A stretch of 61,670 bases of DNA, filler included. It is 8 parts of 8 records of this genome, joined end to end, with 100 filler letters (N's around TTAATTAATTAA, not from the genome) between each part and the next. Parts side by side here need not be neighbours in the genome. Positions count along the whole stretch, not along the records: positions 13,364 to 27,715 come from SRR31147125_93803; positions 27,816 to 35,872 come from SRR31147125_93963; 6 more parts are not named here. The stretch is one strand, 5' to 3'. Numbering within the stretch: position 1 is the stretch's first letter; every line of letters begins with the position of its first letter. A model generated the notes under the pieces. The model did no database searches. It was not told the origin of the DNA and was given only the letters and a program-made list of their open reading frames with translations. The translations under genes were made by a program, and so were the position numbers. Positions 21,728 through 32,454 of the stretch are shown in pieces.

Positions 21728-24262
21728 TCAACGACGATCACTTTTGTGGACATTACCGGTTGAAATACCTGTATCGCTGACTCTTGAGCGGTTGTTTCTT
21801 TGCCAGGGAGTGGTTGTATATGACGGCGCCGGAGCCGTCGGGTTGCACAAGAGCGGTCTCCACGGATCGTCGCTGGGGCTGCCCCCCTGAGTCGAGGAAG
21901 CTTCCACTTTTCCGACTCGATCGTCGCGGGAAACCACGTGGCCAGACGGAATCTGACGGGTAGCGCTGCTTCCGTACACCTGCGCTGGAATCGCCTGAGC
22001 TCCAGCGAGTCTCTTCTTTGAACCGATCGTCAGGTGGTCCACCGGCTGCTTCTGCTGGCCAGTACCAGATTCGAACCGTACAAGACTTGAAGAGCTTTTG
22101 AACCGTGCCTCGTAATCCTGCCCGAATCGTCCCGCAATTTCTGCCCACAACGGAAGAGCAGCCTCGGCTCCGGTAAGGCCGATGGAGTTGTTGTCGTCAT
22201 TGCCGACCCACACGGCGGCGGTCAGATTCGGCGTATATCCGGCGAACCAGCTATCGCGCGTGTTGTTGCTGGTGCCGGTTTTGCCGGCGATCTCGCCATC
22301 CACCGGGTATTTCCAGATCGACCGGCCGGTACCGAGCACAAATACCTTCTGCAACATTTCCGTCATCACCCGGCTGTGATATTCATTGAAGACCGGCTGC
22401 ATCTCCGGGCGCCGGAGAAACACCACGGACCCTCCGATCAGCGCGCGGTCGAGCAGTTGAGGTCCAACGTACCTGCCGTCATTCGCCAGGGCTCCATAGG
22501 CGGACGCCATCCGTACAACATTTGAGGGACAGGCACCCAGGAAGAGAGAGGGGTAGGGAACCGGTTCGTCGCTGATACCGCTCCGTTTGATCATCTCGCT
22601 CACCCGCTCAAGGCCAGCACGTCTCCCGATGCGCACCGCCGGGATGTTCCTGGATCGCACAAGCGCCTGTTCCACCGTGATCGCACCGTGATATGTACGG
22701 TCATAGTTCTGCGGTCTCCACGGACCGCTCGACGTCGTCAGCTTCAACGGCGAGTCCAAGACCCGCATCTGCGGGGTGATCGGGCCCCCTTCCGTACCGG
22801 AGCCCATAGCCGTCAAATACACGAAGGGCTTGACCAGCGAGCCGATCGGGCGTTGCGCCATTGTCGCCCGGTTGAACTGGTTCCTTGAAAAATCGCGCCC
22901 GCCGACCAACGCCCGCACGGCACCGGTTTCCTGCTCAATTGCCACGGCCGCGGCTTCCAGCTCAATGCGCGTATCACTCGCATCCTCCAACCGTTCAAGA
23001 TGCTGTTGGAGCCGATCCGAGATATCTTTCTGCATCAGGTGATCGATGGACAACTCGACGACCGCCTGCTCTGTCGCCGGAAAGACTATACCACCGGCCT
23101 GCAGCTCCTTCTCTGCCTGTTGCCAGGCCCAGCTCATGCTCATCAGCAACCCGCGCTGCCAGCCCCCTGCATCCGTCATCTGTGGATCGGCCGTGTAATG
23201 GTAACCATCGTCCAGGCACCCGCGCTTCTTCATGAGCCTCAGCACCCGAGCCCCGCTGACAATTGCCTTGTCTGTTTTTTCCAGAGGAGACAGGCCGTTA
23301 GGAGATTTGATCATCGAGGCCAGGACGGCGCACTCACCCGGAGAGAGCTCGGTCACGCATTTGCCAAGCAGGTAGTACGACGCCGCCCCGAGCCCACGCA
23401 GCTCGTAGGAGCCGACATGGCCCATGTAGATGTTGTTCAGATAGGCATCGAGTATCTGCTCCTTCGAGTATTGCAATTCTATCCGAAGCGCGATCAGCAC
23501 CTCGTAGAACTTCTCCCGAAACGTTCGTTCCTGCCTCCCGCTCAACGTCTTTACGAGTTGCTGGGTGATGGTCGAGCCACCCTGTTTGATGGAACCTTCC
23601 CGCAGATTGATCAGCGCCGCGCGGGTCACCGCAAAGATGTCGATGCCCGGGTGGCGATAAAAGCTCCCATCCTCTGCTGACAACACGGCCTCGGTTAGTT
23701 CTGTCGGAAACAGATCAACCGAGATATCCTGCCGGATTTCCCAGATGTTTTCGACAAAACTGGTCAGCAGCGGCCGTCCGACACGCAGTTCGGTCATGTT
23801 CGCACCGTCTTCGCTGCGGATGATGCGGCGCACGGTCCCCTCCCCGATCTCCAGTTCATAACTCGGCTGTTTTTCGTCGGGCCCCGCAAACAGACGGATA
23901 CGATCTTCGCTCACCGTGAAACTGAGCTGCGTCGAGCTGTGGTCGTTGAGTTGATAACCGACATCATAGAGCCGCTGGTAGAGGCGGCCGCGCTCGACCC
24001 GGAAGCCGGGCCTGACAACCAGCGGTGCACCGTAGAGGCGGTGATAATGATCCCCGGCGACCTGCTGCATGCGTGCAGATACAAGCGACGAGCGGTGGTA
24101 GTATTCGGGGAGGACATATGCCAGACAGCCCAGCAGCGAGAGTGTAACCACCGCCAGCAGGCAGGCCCCGAGCACTCGTCTAACGGACAGACAGCCCCGT
24201 TTCGCAGCGCTGCCCCCTGCCTTCCGCTTTGTCGGAACTAAAATCTCCCCGTTTTCCTTCAT
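21728..24262 (-). CDS. Bifunctional class A penicillin-binding protein (PBP1B-like)
   Basis: TG motifs ED..FY.H.G and GGSTITQQLVK; TP motifs SLVK, SRN, KTGT; UB2H-like segment after the TM. Confidence 0.92.
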   Translation of the reverse strand: MKENGEILVPTKRKAGGSAAKRGCLSVRRVLGACLLAVVTLSLLGCLAYVLPEYYHRSSLVSARMQQVAGDHYHRLYGAPLVVRPGFRVERGRLYQRLYDVGYQLNDHSSTQLSFTVSEDRIRLFAGPDEKQPSYELEIGEGTVRRIIRSEDGANMTELRVGRPLLTSFVENIWEIRQDISVDLFPTELTEAVLSAEDGSFYRHPGIDIFAVTRAALINLREGSIKQGGSTITQQLVKTLSGRQERTFREKFYEVLIALRIELQYSKEQILDAYLNNIYMGHVGSYELRGLGAASYYLLGKCVTELSPGECAVLASMIKSPNGLSPLEKTDKAIVSGARVLRLMKKRGCLDDGYHYTADPQMTDAGGWQRGLLMSMSWAWQQAEKELQAGGIVFPATEQAVVELSIDHLMQKDISDRLQQHLERLEDASDTRIELEAAAVAIEQETGAVRALVGGRDFSRNQFNRATMAQRPIGSLVKPFVYLTAMGSGTEGGPITPQMRVLDSPLKLTTSSGPWRPQNYDRTYHGAITVEQALVRSRNIPAVRIGRRAGLERVSEMIKRSGISDEPVPYPSLFLGACPSNVVRMASAYGALANDGRYVGPQLLDRALIGGSVVFLRRPEMQPVFNEYHSRVMTEMLQKVFVLGTGRSIWKYPVDGEIAGKTGTSNNTRDSWFAGYTPNLTAAVWVGNDDNNSIGLTGAEAALPLWAEIAGRFGQDYEARFKSSSSLVRFESGTGQQKQPVDHLTIGSKKRLAGAQAIPAQVYGSSATRQIPSGHVVSRDDRVGKVEASSTQGGSPSDDPWRPLLCNPTAPAPSYTTTPWQRNNRSRVSDTGISTGNVHKSDRR

Positions 24263-24434
24263 CCGTCTCCCCCTTGTAACCCAACCGCTCACGTGTTTTG
24301 AATACCGGTCGGTGACATGTAATCGTCCCCCTGGTCAGGGAAATCGAATCAGTCTGTCGGATTTCAAGGAAGAATATGAGAAACAAATTGGGTATCATGA
24401 GAGATTCGCTTGTGGGCCAAAAAACAATTTTTCA

Positions 24435-25118
24435 ATGGGCGACATGAACATATCGAATCTCCTCCGCGTTTTGCTTTTTTGGGGCATCGTTTTCTCACAT
24501 TCGCTTGGTTGTACCAACGAAATCGAGAAAAAATTTGTCGAAGCCGGACTCATAGATGTCCAGACTGTTGATCCATCTATACGGGTGGATCTGGTCAATT
24601 CAGACCCCTCGAAGAATTTCTTCAGGGAGAATTTTTACCGTGGGCTGAGTAAAGCGTATCTCCGCAAAGAAGTCGCAGCAAAACTGTCGAAGGCCCAGAT
24701 ATCTCTTGTCGCGCGGCATCCCGGCTATTCACTCATGATAATGGACGCAGCCAGACCGAGAAGCGTATCCCAGCTCATGTACAACAAAATGAAGGGAACA
24801 CGGTTCGAGAAGTTCGTGGCCAATCCACACAAAGGATCGATGCATAACTATGGAATTGCCGTTGATATCACCATAACCGATTCCGATGGAGAAGAAATCG
24901 ACATGGGATTCAGCCCATTTTATAGGACTACCCTATCGATCTACCTTGGATATGCGCGGTTGAAACTTCTCGGTATCACGGACAGGCAGAAGGAGAACAG
25001 ACAATTACTGGCCACGATTATGGAAAAAGCCGGCTTCTTCCCGTTGAGTTACGAGTGGTGGCATTTTAACGGACTCAGGAAAAGTGAAGTGCGGGAGCGG
25101 TATTCAATTATTGAATAG
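24435..25118 (+). CDS. D-Ala-D-Ala dipeptidase (M15, DdpX/VanX-like), probable lipoprotein
   Basis: DAARP, SMH..G.AVD, EWWHF; signal ending SLGC. Confidence 0.9.
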   Translation: MGDMNISNLLRVLLFWGIVFSHSLGCTNEIEKKFVEAGLIDVQTVDPSIRVDLVNSDPSKNFFRENFYRGLSKAYLRKEVAAKLSKAQISLVARHPGYSLMIMDAARPRSVSQLMYNKMKGTRFEKFVANPHKGSMHNYGIAVDITITDSDGEEIDMGFSPFYRTTLSIYLGYARLKLLGITDRQKENRQLLATIMEKAGFFPLSYEWWHFNGLRKSEVRERYSIIE

Positions 25119-25238
25119 TATGTATCGGCAGACAACCTCCAGATGACAGAGAATAGTGCCATGAATAAACAACGGATCTTGATTATCGACTCCGGCAGAG
25201 ATTCTGTCTGTTTGAAACGGCAGCGCACTCTGAAACCG

Positions 25239-25433
<195 letters not shown>

Positions 25434-25470
25434 TCACTTTCTCGGGAATAACCGAACGAGTTTTCTCGTA

Positions 25471-26082
25471 TTATCGTACCTCCGTACAGCCAAGTGTGAT
25501 CTCGACACGCCGGTTCACCTGCTTGTTCTCCGGCGTACTATTTTTCACCAGAGGCATCTGCTCGCCGTAACCGACCACGAACAGATCCGCCCCGGTTAAT
25601 TCGTGCCGGGCGACGACATAATCGCGCACGGCCTCTGCTCGGTCATAGCTCAAACCAAGATTATAGCCGTCGCTTCCATCACTGTCCGTGTGACCCTTGA
25701 TGCATACCTGGCGTCCCGCGACTCGCACATCGGCCAGTGCCACGCCAAGGTTGTCGAGTATTTCGTAGGACCCGGATCTGAGACGGGCCGAGTTCACATC
25801 GAATTCCACCTTGAGTCGTGCGACCCCGGCAGCCCCCTCGTCGCTGACCCGAACATCCTTGTCCAACTTCTCGCCGTCACTCTTAAGCCGCACGGTAATG
25901 GTGCGTGTCCGCTCCGGTTCTTCGGAGATGACGAAAGATCGGGTCGCCCCGAAATCGCGCTGCTCTGTGAGTTGATCGACGATCGCCTCACTGGTTTCGA
26001 CGAAACCGTCTCCGGAAGCGTATGATGCCCCCGCACAGAATACTCCCAGTATCAGGCCCACAACAGTTGTCATCAGTTTCAT
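25471..26082 (-). CDS. OmpA-family peptidoglycan-binding protein
   Basis: Signal peptide; VEFD..SA.L, GHTD..G...YN..LS..RA..V, GYGE..P, NRRVEI. Confidence 0.92.
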   Translation of the reverse strand: MKLMTTVVGLILGVFCAGASYASGDGFVETSEAIVDQLTEQRDFGATRSFVISEEPERTRTITVRLKSDGEKLDKDVRVSDEGAAGVARLKVEFDVNSARLRSGSYEILDNLGVALADVRVAGRQVCIKGHTDSDGSDGYNLGLSYDRAEAVRDYVVARHELTGADLFVVGYGEQMPLVKNSTPENKQVNRRVEITLGCTEVR

Positions 26083-26189
26083 TTTTCGCTCCTCTTATCT
26101 CTCCTACCGTCTGCTGATTCGAAATCGCTTTTCCCGGGTATAGAATCTGTATCTCCTGATCACAAACGTTCAAAGAATACCAAACGTGC

Positions 26190-27715
26190 TCAATCGGAAA
26201 TATACACCGGTTTCATCGGTGAAGAGTGAATCCACGGGACCTGCCGGTTGTTCGTTTCTTCCATCACCCCGATACCCGCGTAGTCGAAGATATCCCGTAC
26301 CGTCAGATTGTCTTCTTTCAGGGCCAGGAGCAGGTGCTTGGTGAAGATGCCGTTGCGCCCGTCACCGTCATACGCAACCGCCCCCGGAGACGTGGCATAG
26401 GCGATCAGCGTCCCAACCGGTGCCTCCATACGTGCCAGCCCCGTGTCGCCACTCCTGATGAATCCCCTGAACGGGCTGTTTCTGCAGGCGTCAAGCGCAA
26501 CGATATTGAGCGTATTGCCGGCTTCTTTCATCTTGCCAAGAATCCGGTTGACATTCACCGCCTCGAACTCGACATCAACCGCGTTGTGCACGTTCGTCCC
26601 GATGGGAATGAGATAGTTCGTCCCTTCCAACTGCATGCCGTGGCCGGCATAAAAAAACAGGCCGATATCGGTCCGCCGCAACTTGTCTTCGAAACGGTAC
26701 ATCGCCTCGAGCATTTTTCTTTTCGTGGCATTTGTTGCGGTAATGACCTCAAAGCCCAGGCCGCGCAGCGTATTGCTCATGTCTTCAGCGTCGTTTACCG
26801 GGTTTCTCAGCGGTGCGTTCTCATAATCACTGTTCCCGATAACCAGTGCGAGTTTGCTCAGAGACACGGGACGGCCATTCGTGCCCGAATCAACTGGTGC
26901 AGCGGCCGGTTCCGGGAGCGTTTTCTCAACAACAACCACGTTGACTTCGGTTTTCCGCAGATCCCTGAAAATATTATCGGTGTCCTGAGTAACCGTCACC
27001 TTCTCCCGGATCGGTTCATACCCTTCCTTCTCCAGCCGGACCGTGTGCGTACCCAGGCTGAGCGTCACACCAGCCAGCGGAGTATACCCGCGCAGGGTAT
27101 CATCAATGTACACCGATGCCTTTTCCACATTGGTATCGAAATTGACTGACGCCTCCGCACGGGCAAGCGTGAGCGACAGCTTCTCTTTCCCGTTTTCAAG
27201 ATGTACGGATGTGGTTCGGGTACGGTATCCCTTCTTGGTCACTTTCACCTGGTGGCTGCCCGGCGCGACCTCCACGTTCAACGGTGTCTGCCCTCGTTTT
27301 TTCCCGTCGATATAGGCAACCGCACCGGCGGGTACACTGACGACTTCGAGCAGAGCCGCACCTTTTTTTAGATCAAACGACAATCGTTTCCTTACCGATG
27401 TGACAGCCACCGACTGGACCTCGGTTTCGAACCCCTCTTTTGCTACCTTTATCTCGTACGTATCAGGTGCCAGATCCAGATACAGTGGTGTACGCCCTCG
27501 ATGTTCGCCATTCACGTAGGTGTCTGCCCCGGGAGGGGTGGAACCTATCGCCACCTGGTATTGGTCTTTTTTCAGGTCGATCGATATATTTTTCGACTCT
27601 CCCCAGAGGCGTACCTGTCGAAATTCCTCCTTGAAGCCGGCCTTCGAAACCTTCACTCCATAGGATCCCGACGCAAATTTCCCGCTGAACGGGGTTGTCC
27701 CTTTATAGCTCCCCC
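26190..27715 (-). CDS. PEGA-repeat + caspase-family (C14) peptidase, 5' truncated
   Basis: Repeated S.P.GA..Y..G...G.TP...G...V...K.G; ALVIGN..Y, FYAGHG and LDACR His-Cys dyad; frame open to the contig edge. Confidence 0.92.
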
Positions 27716-27815
27716 NNNNNNNNNNNNNNNNNNNNNNNNNNNNNNNNNNNNNNNNNNNNTTAATTAATTAANNNNNNNNNNNNNNNNNNNNNNNNNNNNN
27801 NNNNNNNNNNNNNNN
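27716..27815. other. Artificial contig linker
   Basis: N-run with TTAATTAATTAA. Confidence 0.99.
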
Positions 27816-28076
27816 AAAAAGTATGTGCCCCTCGATTACTACTCGGGTAATTTTACCTTCCAGGTGGGGGCGTTTGCCGAGCGGGCCAATGCCGAGCGCC
27901 TGGTGCAGCGTCTGGATCGGATCTATAAGAACGCCCATCAGGTGGCCTATTTCGACGGCAGTCGGACGTTTTACCGCGTTCGGGTGGGGCTCAGCACCGA
28001 TCTGGAAGAGGCCGAGCAGTATGAACAGATCCTGAGGCAGAGTGGATTTCCGGAGACTTTTATTGTTGCCGAGTAG
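27816..28076 (+). CDS. SPOR-domain C-terminus (probably RlpA), partial
   Basis: FQVGAF....NA..L, YRVRVG, GF...FIV. Confidence 0.8.
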   Translation, partial: KKYVPLDYYSGNFTFQVGAFAERANAERLVQRLDRIYKNAHQVAYFDGSRTFYRVRVGLSTDLEEAEQYEQILRQSGFPETFIVAE

Positions 28077-28089
28077 TCAAAAGCGTATT

Positions 28090-28659
28090 GTGAAAGTGGT
28101 TTTCCTTGATCGCGACGGGGTGATCAATCGTGATTCTCCCAACTTTATCAAGAATTGGGATGAATTTGAGTTTTTGCCGGGCAGTCTGGAGGCGTTGCGC
28201 CTGTTGAGCGAGGCGGGGTACTGCCTGATCGTGATCACCAATCAGTCGATGATCGGTCGCGGCATGGTGCCGCCGACCGTTCTGGATGATATGCACCAAC
28301 GCATGAAAGCGGCCGCAGCGAACGCCGGCGGTCAAATCTGCGATATTTTTTTCTGCCCCCACCGTCCGGATGAAGGGTGCGATTGCCGAAAACCTGAACC
28401 TGGTTTGATTCAGCAGGCGTGTGAAAGATATGAGATCGATCCGGGCGACAGTGTAATGGTCGGTGACAGTGCCAAGGATATTCTTTGTGGATTGAATGCC
28501 GGATGCGCCTCCACCATCCTGGTGCACACCGGAAACGGCAGAAGCGCCGAGAAGGAACTGGCTGACCGGAAGGTACGGCCCGGCGCAGTCGTTGACGACT
28601 TGTTGGAGGCGGCCCGCCTGATTCTTAGAGAGGGTTTTGGGGAGGGGGCGCGGCCCTGA
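28090..28659 (+). CDS. gmhB: D-glycero-D-manno-heptose 1,7-bisphosphate phosphatase
   Basis: FLDRDGVIN, TNQS, CPH...C.CRKP.PG, MVGD. Confidence 0.9.
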   Translation: MKVVFLDRDGVINRDSPNFIKNWDEFEFLPGSLEALRLLSEAGYCLIVITNQSMIGRGMVPPTVLDDMHQRMKAAAANAGGQICDIFFCPHRPDEGCDCRKPEPGLIQQACERYEIDPGDSVMVGDSAKDILCGLNAGCASTILVHTGNGRSAEKELADRKVRPGAVVDDLLEAARLILREGFGEGARP

Positions 28660-30839
28660 TGCAAGACGATACGTCCACCCGCCTGGAGGGCCAGATCGAA
28701 CGGGTTACCTTCCGCAGTGCCGATACCCACTACATGATCGCCAGGTTTCGGGTCGCCGACCAGGGCAATCTTGTCACCATCCTGGGGCATTTGCCTGAAC
28801 CCAGTCCGGGCGAGACGCTGCGCGTGAGCGGCTCCTGGAAGCACCATCCCAAGTACGGACAGCAGTTCAGTGTATCCCGGTTCGAGGTGTTGCTGCCTTC
28901 TGGTGTGGAAGAGATACGGCGCTATCTCTCTTCCGGGCTGATCAAGGGGATCGGCCCCAAGACCACCGAGCGGTTGCTGCACCATTTTAAGGGCGACGCC
29001 CTCGCTGTGATCGAGAATGAACCGCACCGGTTGACCGAGGTTCGCGGGATCGGTCCCGAATCCGCGCGTCGCATCGGAGAGGCGTGGCGTTCCCACCACA
29101 ACGTCAGGACCCTGATGGCCTTTCTGCAGGAGAATGGGATCAAACCGGCCCATGGGGCGCGTATCTACAAGACTTATGGTGATGATGCCTTATCGATTTT
29201 GAAGGAGGACCCCTATCGATTGGCGTCGGATCTTCCGCGGATCGGTTTTTACATTGCCGATGCCATCGTGCGCCACTCCGATCTGCCCTTCGAAGAGAGT
29301 GAGCGGGCCGGGGCATGTCTGCGCTATCTGCTTGAGGAGGCGGCCGACGAGGGCCACATGTTCATGCCCATGCAGGTGCTGGTCGAGCGTTGCAGCAGCG
29401 CTTTCGAGATCGATTTCCATGCCGCCCGGGAGGCGTTGGCGCTTTTGGTCGATGCGTCGCAGCTGGTTGTCTGCCATGAAGCACAGGACGAACCGGTATA
29501 TCTGGCGCCACTGTTTGAAGCCGAGGATCTGATCGCCCGTCGGCTTCGCGTCATGCTCGACATCCCTGTTTCGACACCTTCGGTCGATGCGGGGCAGATT
29601 ATGGCGACGGTGGTGAAGCGGTTGGCCATCAAACTGTCCGACACCCAGTTGGCTGTTCTGGAGAGCGTGTTGAGCCATCGGGTGGTGATCATCACCGGCG
29701 GGCCCGGCACCGGTAAGACCACGCTGATCAGGGCGATCGCCGCCGTTTTCGAAACAGTGGGCATGGATTGCCTGCTGGCTGCTCCCACGGGCCGGGCGGC
29801 ACGCCGGATGGCGGAAGTGACCGGTCGCCCTGCCGCAACCTTGCACAAACTGCTCGGTTTCAATTTGAACGAAGGCGGATTCGAACGCGACCAGGACGAC
29901 CCGATCGATGCCCAGGCGTTGATTGTGGACGAGACCTCGATGGTGGATGCCCTCCTCATGGGGCATTTGATCAAGGCCACTCCTTTGCAGGCCCATCTCA
30001 TCCTGGTGGGCGATGTATTTCAACTACCTTCGGTCGGACCGGGAACGGTGCTGGCCGATCTGATTCAAGCCGGATTGGCACCCACTTTTGAATTAAAAAC
30101 GGTGTTTCGTCAGGCAGCCCAGAGTCCGATTATCGCCGGTGCACACAAAGTGCGCAAGGGGAGCATACCTGAGTTGAGCCCGGCCGCGGCGGACGGTGGC
30201 CTTCAGCCGTTCACCTTCATCGAGCAGACGCGTCCGGAGGCGACCTCACGGGCTATCGTCGATCTGTGTGCCGAGCATATCCCGAAACAGACCGGTATGG
30301 ATGGCGTGCGCCAGGTTCAGGTCCTGACCCCCATGCACAAAGGGGTGGTGGGGACGATGCATCTGAACCAGATCCTGCAGGCGGCCCTCAACCCCAACGT
30401 GGCCGAAGGCAAGCCTGTCGGCGGACGTTTCTATCCGAATGACAAGGTGATGCATCTGCGCAACAATTATAAAAAGGAGGTGTTCAACGGTGAGATCGGC
30501 ACCGTCTGCAATGTCGATGGGGAGCGAAACCAACTCACGGTCGATTATGACGGCCGTGAAGTGCTATACGATGAAGCCGATCTGGATGAGCTCTCACTGG
30601 CCTATGCCATTTCGGTGCACAAGTCCCAGGGGTCCGAGTATCCGGTGATCGTCGTGCCGCTGGTGACACAGCACTATGTGATGCTTCAACGCAACCTGCT
30701 CTACACGGCGCTGACCCGCGCCCGAAAAATGGTCATCCTGGTCGGTTCTCCCAAAGCCGTGCGTGTTGCCGTCGAGTCCGATCAGCCGCGCAGACGGCAG
30801 ACACTTTTAGCGTGGCGCCTTGGCAGGGAGCAGGTATAA
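28659..30839 (+). CDS. recD2: RecD2-like ATP-dependent DNA helicase
   Basis: H.KYG.QF, HhH GIG, TGGPGTGKT, VDE.SM, GD..QLPSVG, AYA.SVHKSQGSE. Confidence 0.93.
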   Translation: MQDDTSTRLEGQIERVTFRSADTHYMIARFRVADQGNLVTILGHLPEPSPGETLRVSGSWKHHPKYGQQFSVSRFEVLLPSGVEEIRRYLSSGLIKGIGPKTTERLLHHFKGDALAVIENEPHRLTEVRGIGPESARRIGEAWRSHHNVRTLMAFLQENGIKPAHGARIYKTYGDDALSILKEDPYRLASDLPRIGFYIADAIVRHSDLPFEESERAGACLRYLLEEAADEGHMFMPMQVLVERCSSAFEIDFHAAREALALLVDASQLVVCHEAQDEPVYLAPLFEAEDLIARRLRVMLDIPVSTPSVDAGQIMATVVKRLAIKLSDTQLAVLESVLSHRVVIITGGPGTGKTTLIRAIAAVFETVGMDCLLAAPTGRAARRMAEVTGRPAATLHKLLGFNLNEGGFERDQDDPIDAQALIVDETSMVDALLMGHLIKATPLQAHLILVGDVFQLPSVGPGTVLADLIQAGLAPTFELKTVFRQAAQSPIIAGAHKVRKGSIPELSPAAADGGLQPFTFIEQTRPEATSRAIVDLCAEHIPKQTGMDGVRQVQVLTPMHKGVVGTMHLNQILQAALNPNVAEGKPVGGRFYPNDKVMHLRNNYKKEVFNGEIGTVCNVDGERNQLTVDYDGREVLYDEADLDELSLAYAISVHKSQGSEYPVIVVPLVTQHYVMLQRNLLYTALTRARKMVILVGSPKAVRVAVESDQPRRRQTLLAWRLGREQV

Positions 30840-30926
30840 CATATTAGTGTTGGCAGTTTTTGCTGCCAAGACATGGTGATGTAAAAATCTTATTTTATTG
30901 CGTTATTTTATTTAACCGTATACGGA

Positions 30927-31379
30927 TCAGGAATCAGGATCGGATTCTGAAGGTGAAGGCGTTCCCGATGTGTCGGCACCCGGGAATTTAAAGAACTGTA
31001 CTCCCTCTTCGCGCAGTGTCTCTTCTTCCTTCTCCGTACTTACACCGCGGATATTGCGGGGTTCGGTGACACCGTAATGGATTTTGAGTGCTTCCGTGGC
31101 AAAATCGCTGCCAACGTTATCGAAATTGTTTTCGACATAATTCGATATGGCGCGCATGACGATCTCTGCTTCGGCCGGCGTCTTGGGTTTGATGGATGTG
31201 TGGGCTGAACTCTTGATGCCTTTGATGGCAAACGTGGACGGAAGTCGGGTCACTCCGGTATCGTTACAGACCGGGCAGGCGATCAACTCCTGCTTATTCT
31301 GCTTTTCGAAAGTTTTGGAGTCTTCAAACCAGCCTTCGAATCGATGGCCGTTTGAACATTGCAAATCGTAAGCGATCAT
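30927..31379 (-). CDS. DUF1178 family protein
   Basis: MI.YDL.C..GH.FEGWF, CPVC, VG..FA.EA.KIHYG. Confidence 0.92.
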   Translation of the reverse strand: MIAYDLQCSNGHRFEGWFEDSKTFEKQNKQELIACPVCNDTGVTRLPSTFAIKGIKSSAHTSIKPKTPAEAEIVMRAISNYVENNFDNVGSDFATEALKIHYGVTEPRNIRGVSTEKEEETLREEGVQFFKFPGADTSGTPSPSESDPDS

Positions 31380-31574
31380 CCCTATACCGTCCTCTATTGC
31401 TAAAATAGGAAACTAAAATACCATAATCAGGCTGTATTTCAAAGAAATTATTGACACAAGCCCCGTTTTCATCAAAGAATACGGACCATTCCGGCCCATG
31501 TCGACCTCCAGCCGTAAAGGGGCCACAATTAAATAGCAAGCTGCAAAGATAAATTCCCAAGGGAGTATGAATCA

Positions 31575-32237
31575 ATGAATGTTCAGATCAAGTTAGGCCT
31601 TTGTTCAGTGCTTTGTATCTTGTTGATGGTATCCATCTGCAGTGCCGAAACCAGATACATATCAGAGGACTTCGAGATTACAATGCGCACGGGACCAGGT
31701 TCGGATCGGAAAATTATCTCGCTGATCCCGTCCGGGCGCGAGGTGGAATTGATCAATTCAGGGGATGAGTGGTCGCAAGTCAGACTCTCCAATGGCAAAG
31801 AGGGTTGGGTGCTGACACGATATCTGACCCAGGCCTTGCCCACCGCACTTAAACTTGAGCGCCTGGAGCGCAAACATACCGAGTTGATCGAACAGAACAA
31901 TGAGCTCAAAGAGAGGACGTCGGAATTGAGTTCCGGCAACCTTACCGTTGGCAGTGAGCTAAGGAAAACCCAGGATGAGTTGAATAAAACCCAGAAGGCC
32001 TACGATGCATTGAAGAAGGAGTCGGCCGAGTTTCTGAAATTCAAGGCCACCTATGAGAAGAACCTTAAGGAGCTGAAGGAGATGCGCGCCAAGGCCGATA
32101 AATTTGAAAGCGAATTCAATAAATTGGCAAACAATCAGCTCTATGAGGGCTTTCTATACGGTGGTGGGTTGGTCTTCCTGGGCCTGATCATCGGCTTCAT
32201 TCTTAAAAAGCCCAAACGTAGATCGGGGTTGATGTAA
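31575..32237 (+). CDS. TIGR04211-like SH3 domain protein
   Basis: Signal peptide, YISE...MRTGPG, EGWV..RYL, coiled coil, C-terminal TM. Confidence 0.88.
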   Translation: MNVQIKLGLCSVLCILLMVSICSAETRYISEDFEITMRTGPGSDRKIISLIPSGREVELINSGDEWSQVRLSNGKEGWVLTRYLTQALPTALKLERLERKHTELIEQNNELKERTSELSSGNLTVGSELRKTQDELNKTQKAYDALKKESAEFLKFKATYEKNLKELKEMRAKADKFESEFNKLANNQLYEGFLYGGGLVFLGLIIGFILKKPKRRSGLM

Positions 32238-32454
32238 AAGGAAGTATGAAAGTTTAAAGTTGAAAGTTTGAAGTGAAGGAATTTTGCCGATCTTAGTCGG
32301 TCTAAAACCGATGATTGCAGTAAGATAACAAGCAAAAAACGAGGGCACGCGGCCTCTTAACACCATACACTTAACGCATTTAACCGCCCCTAAATCCTTC
32401 ATGCTCAATTACAGTGCTATAGCTACCTAAACATCGAGAATCGAATCTAAAAGA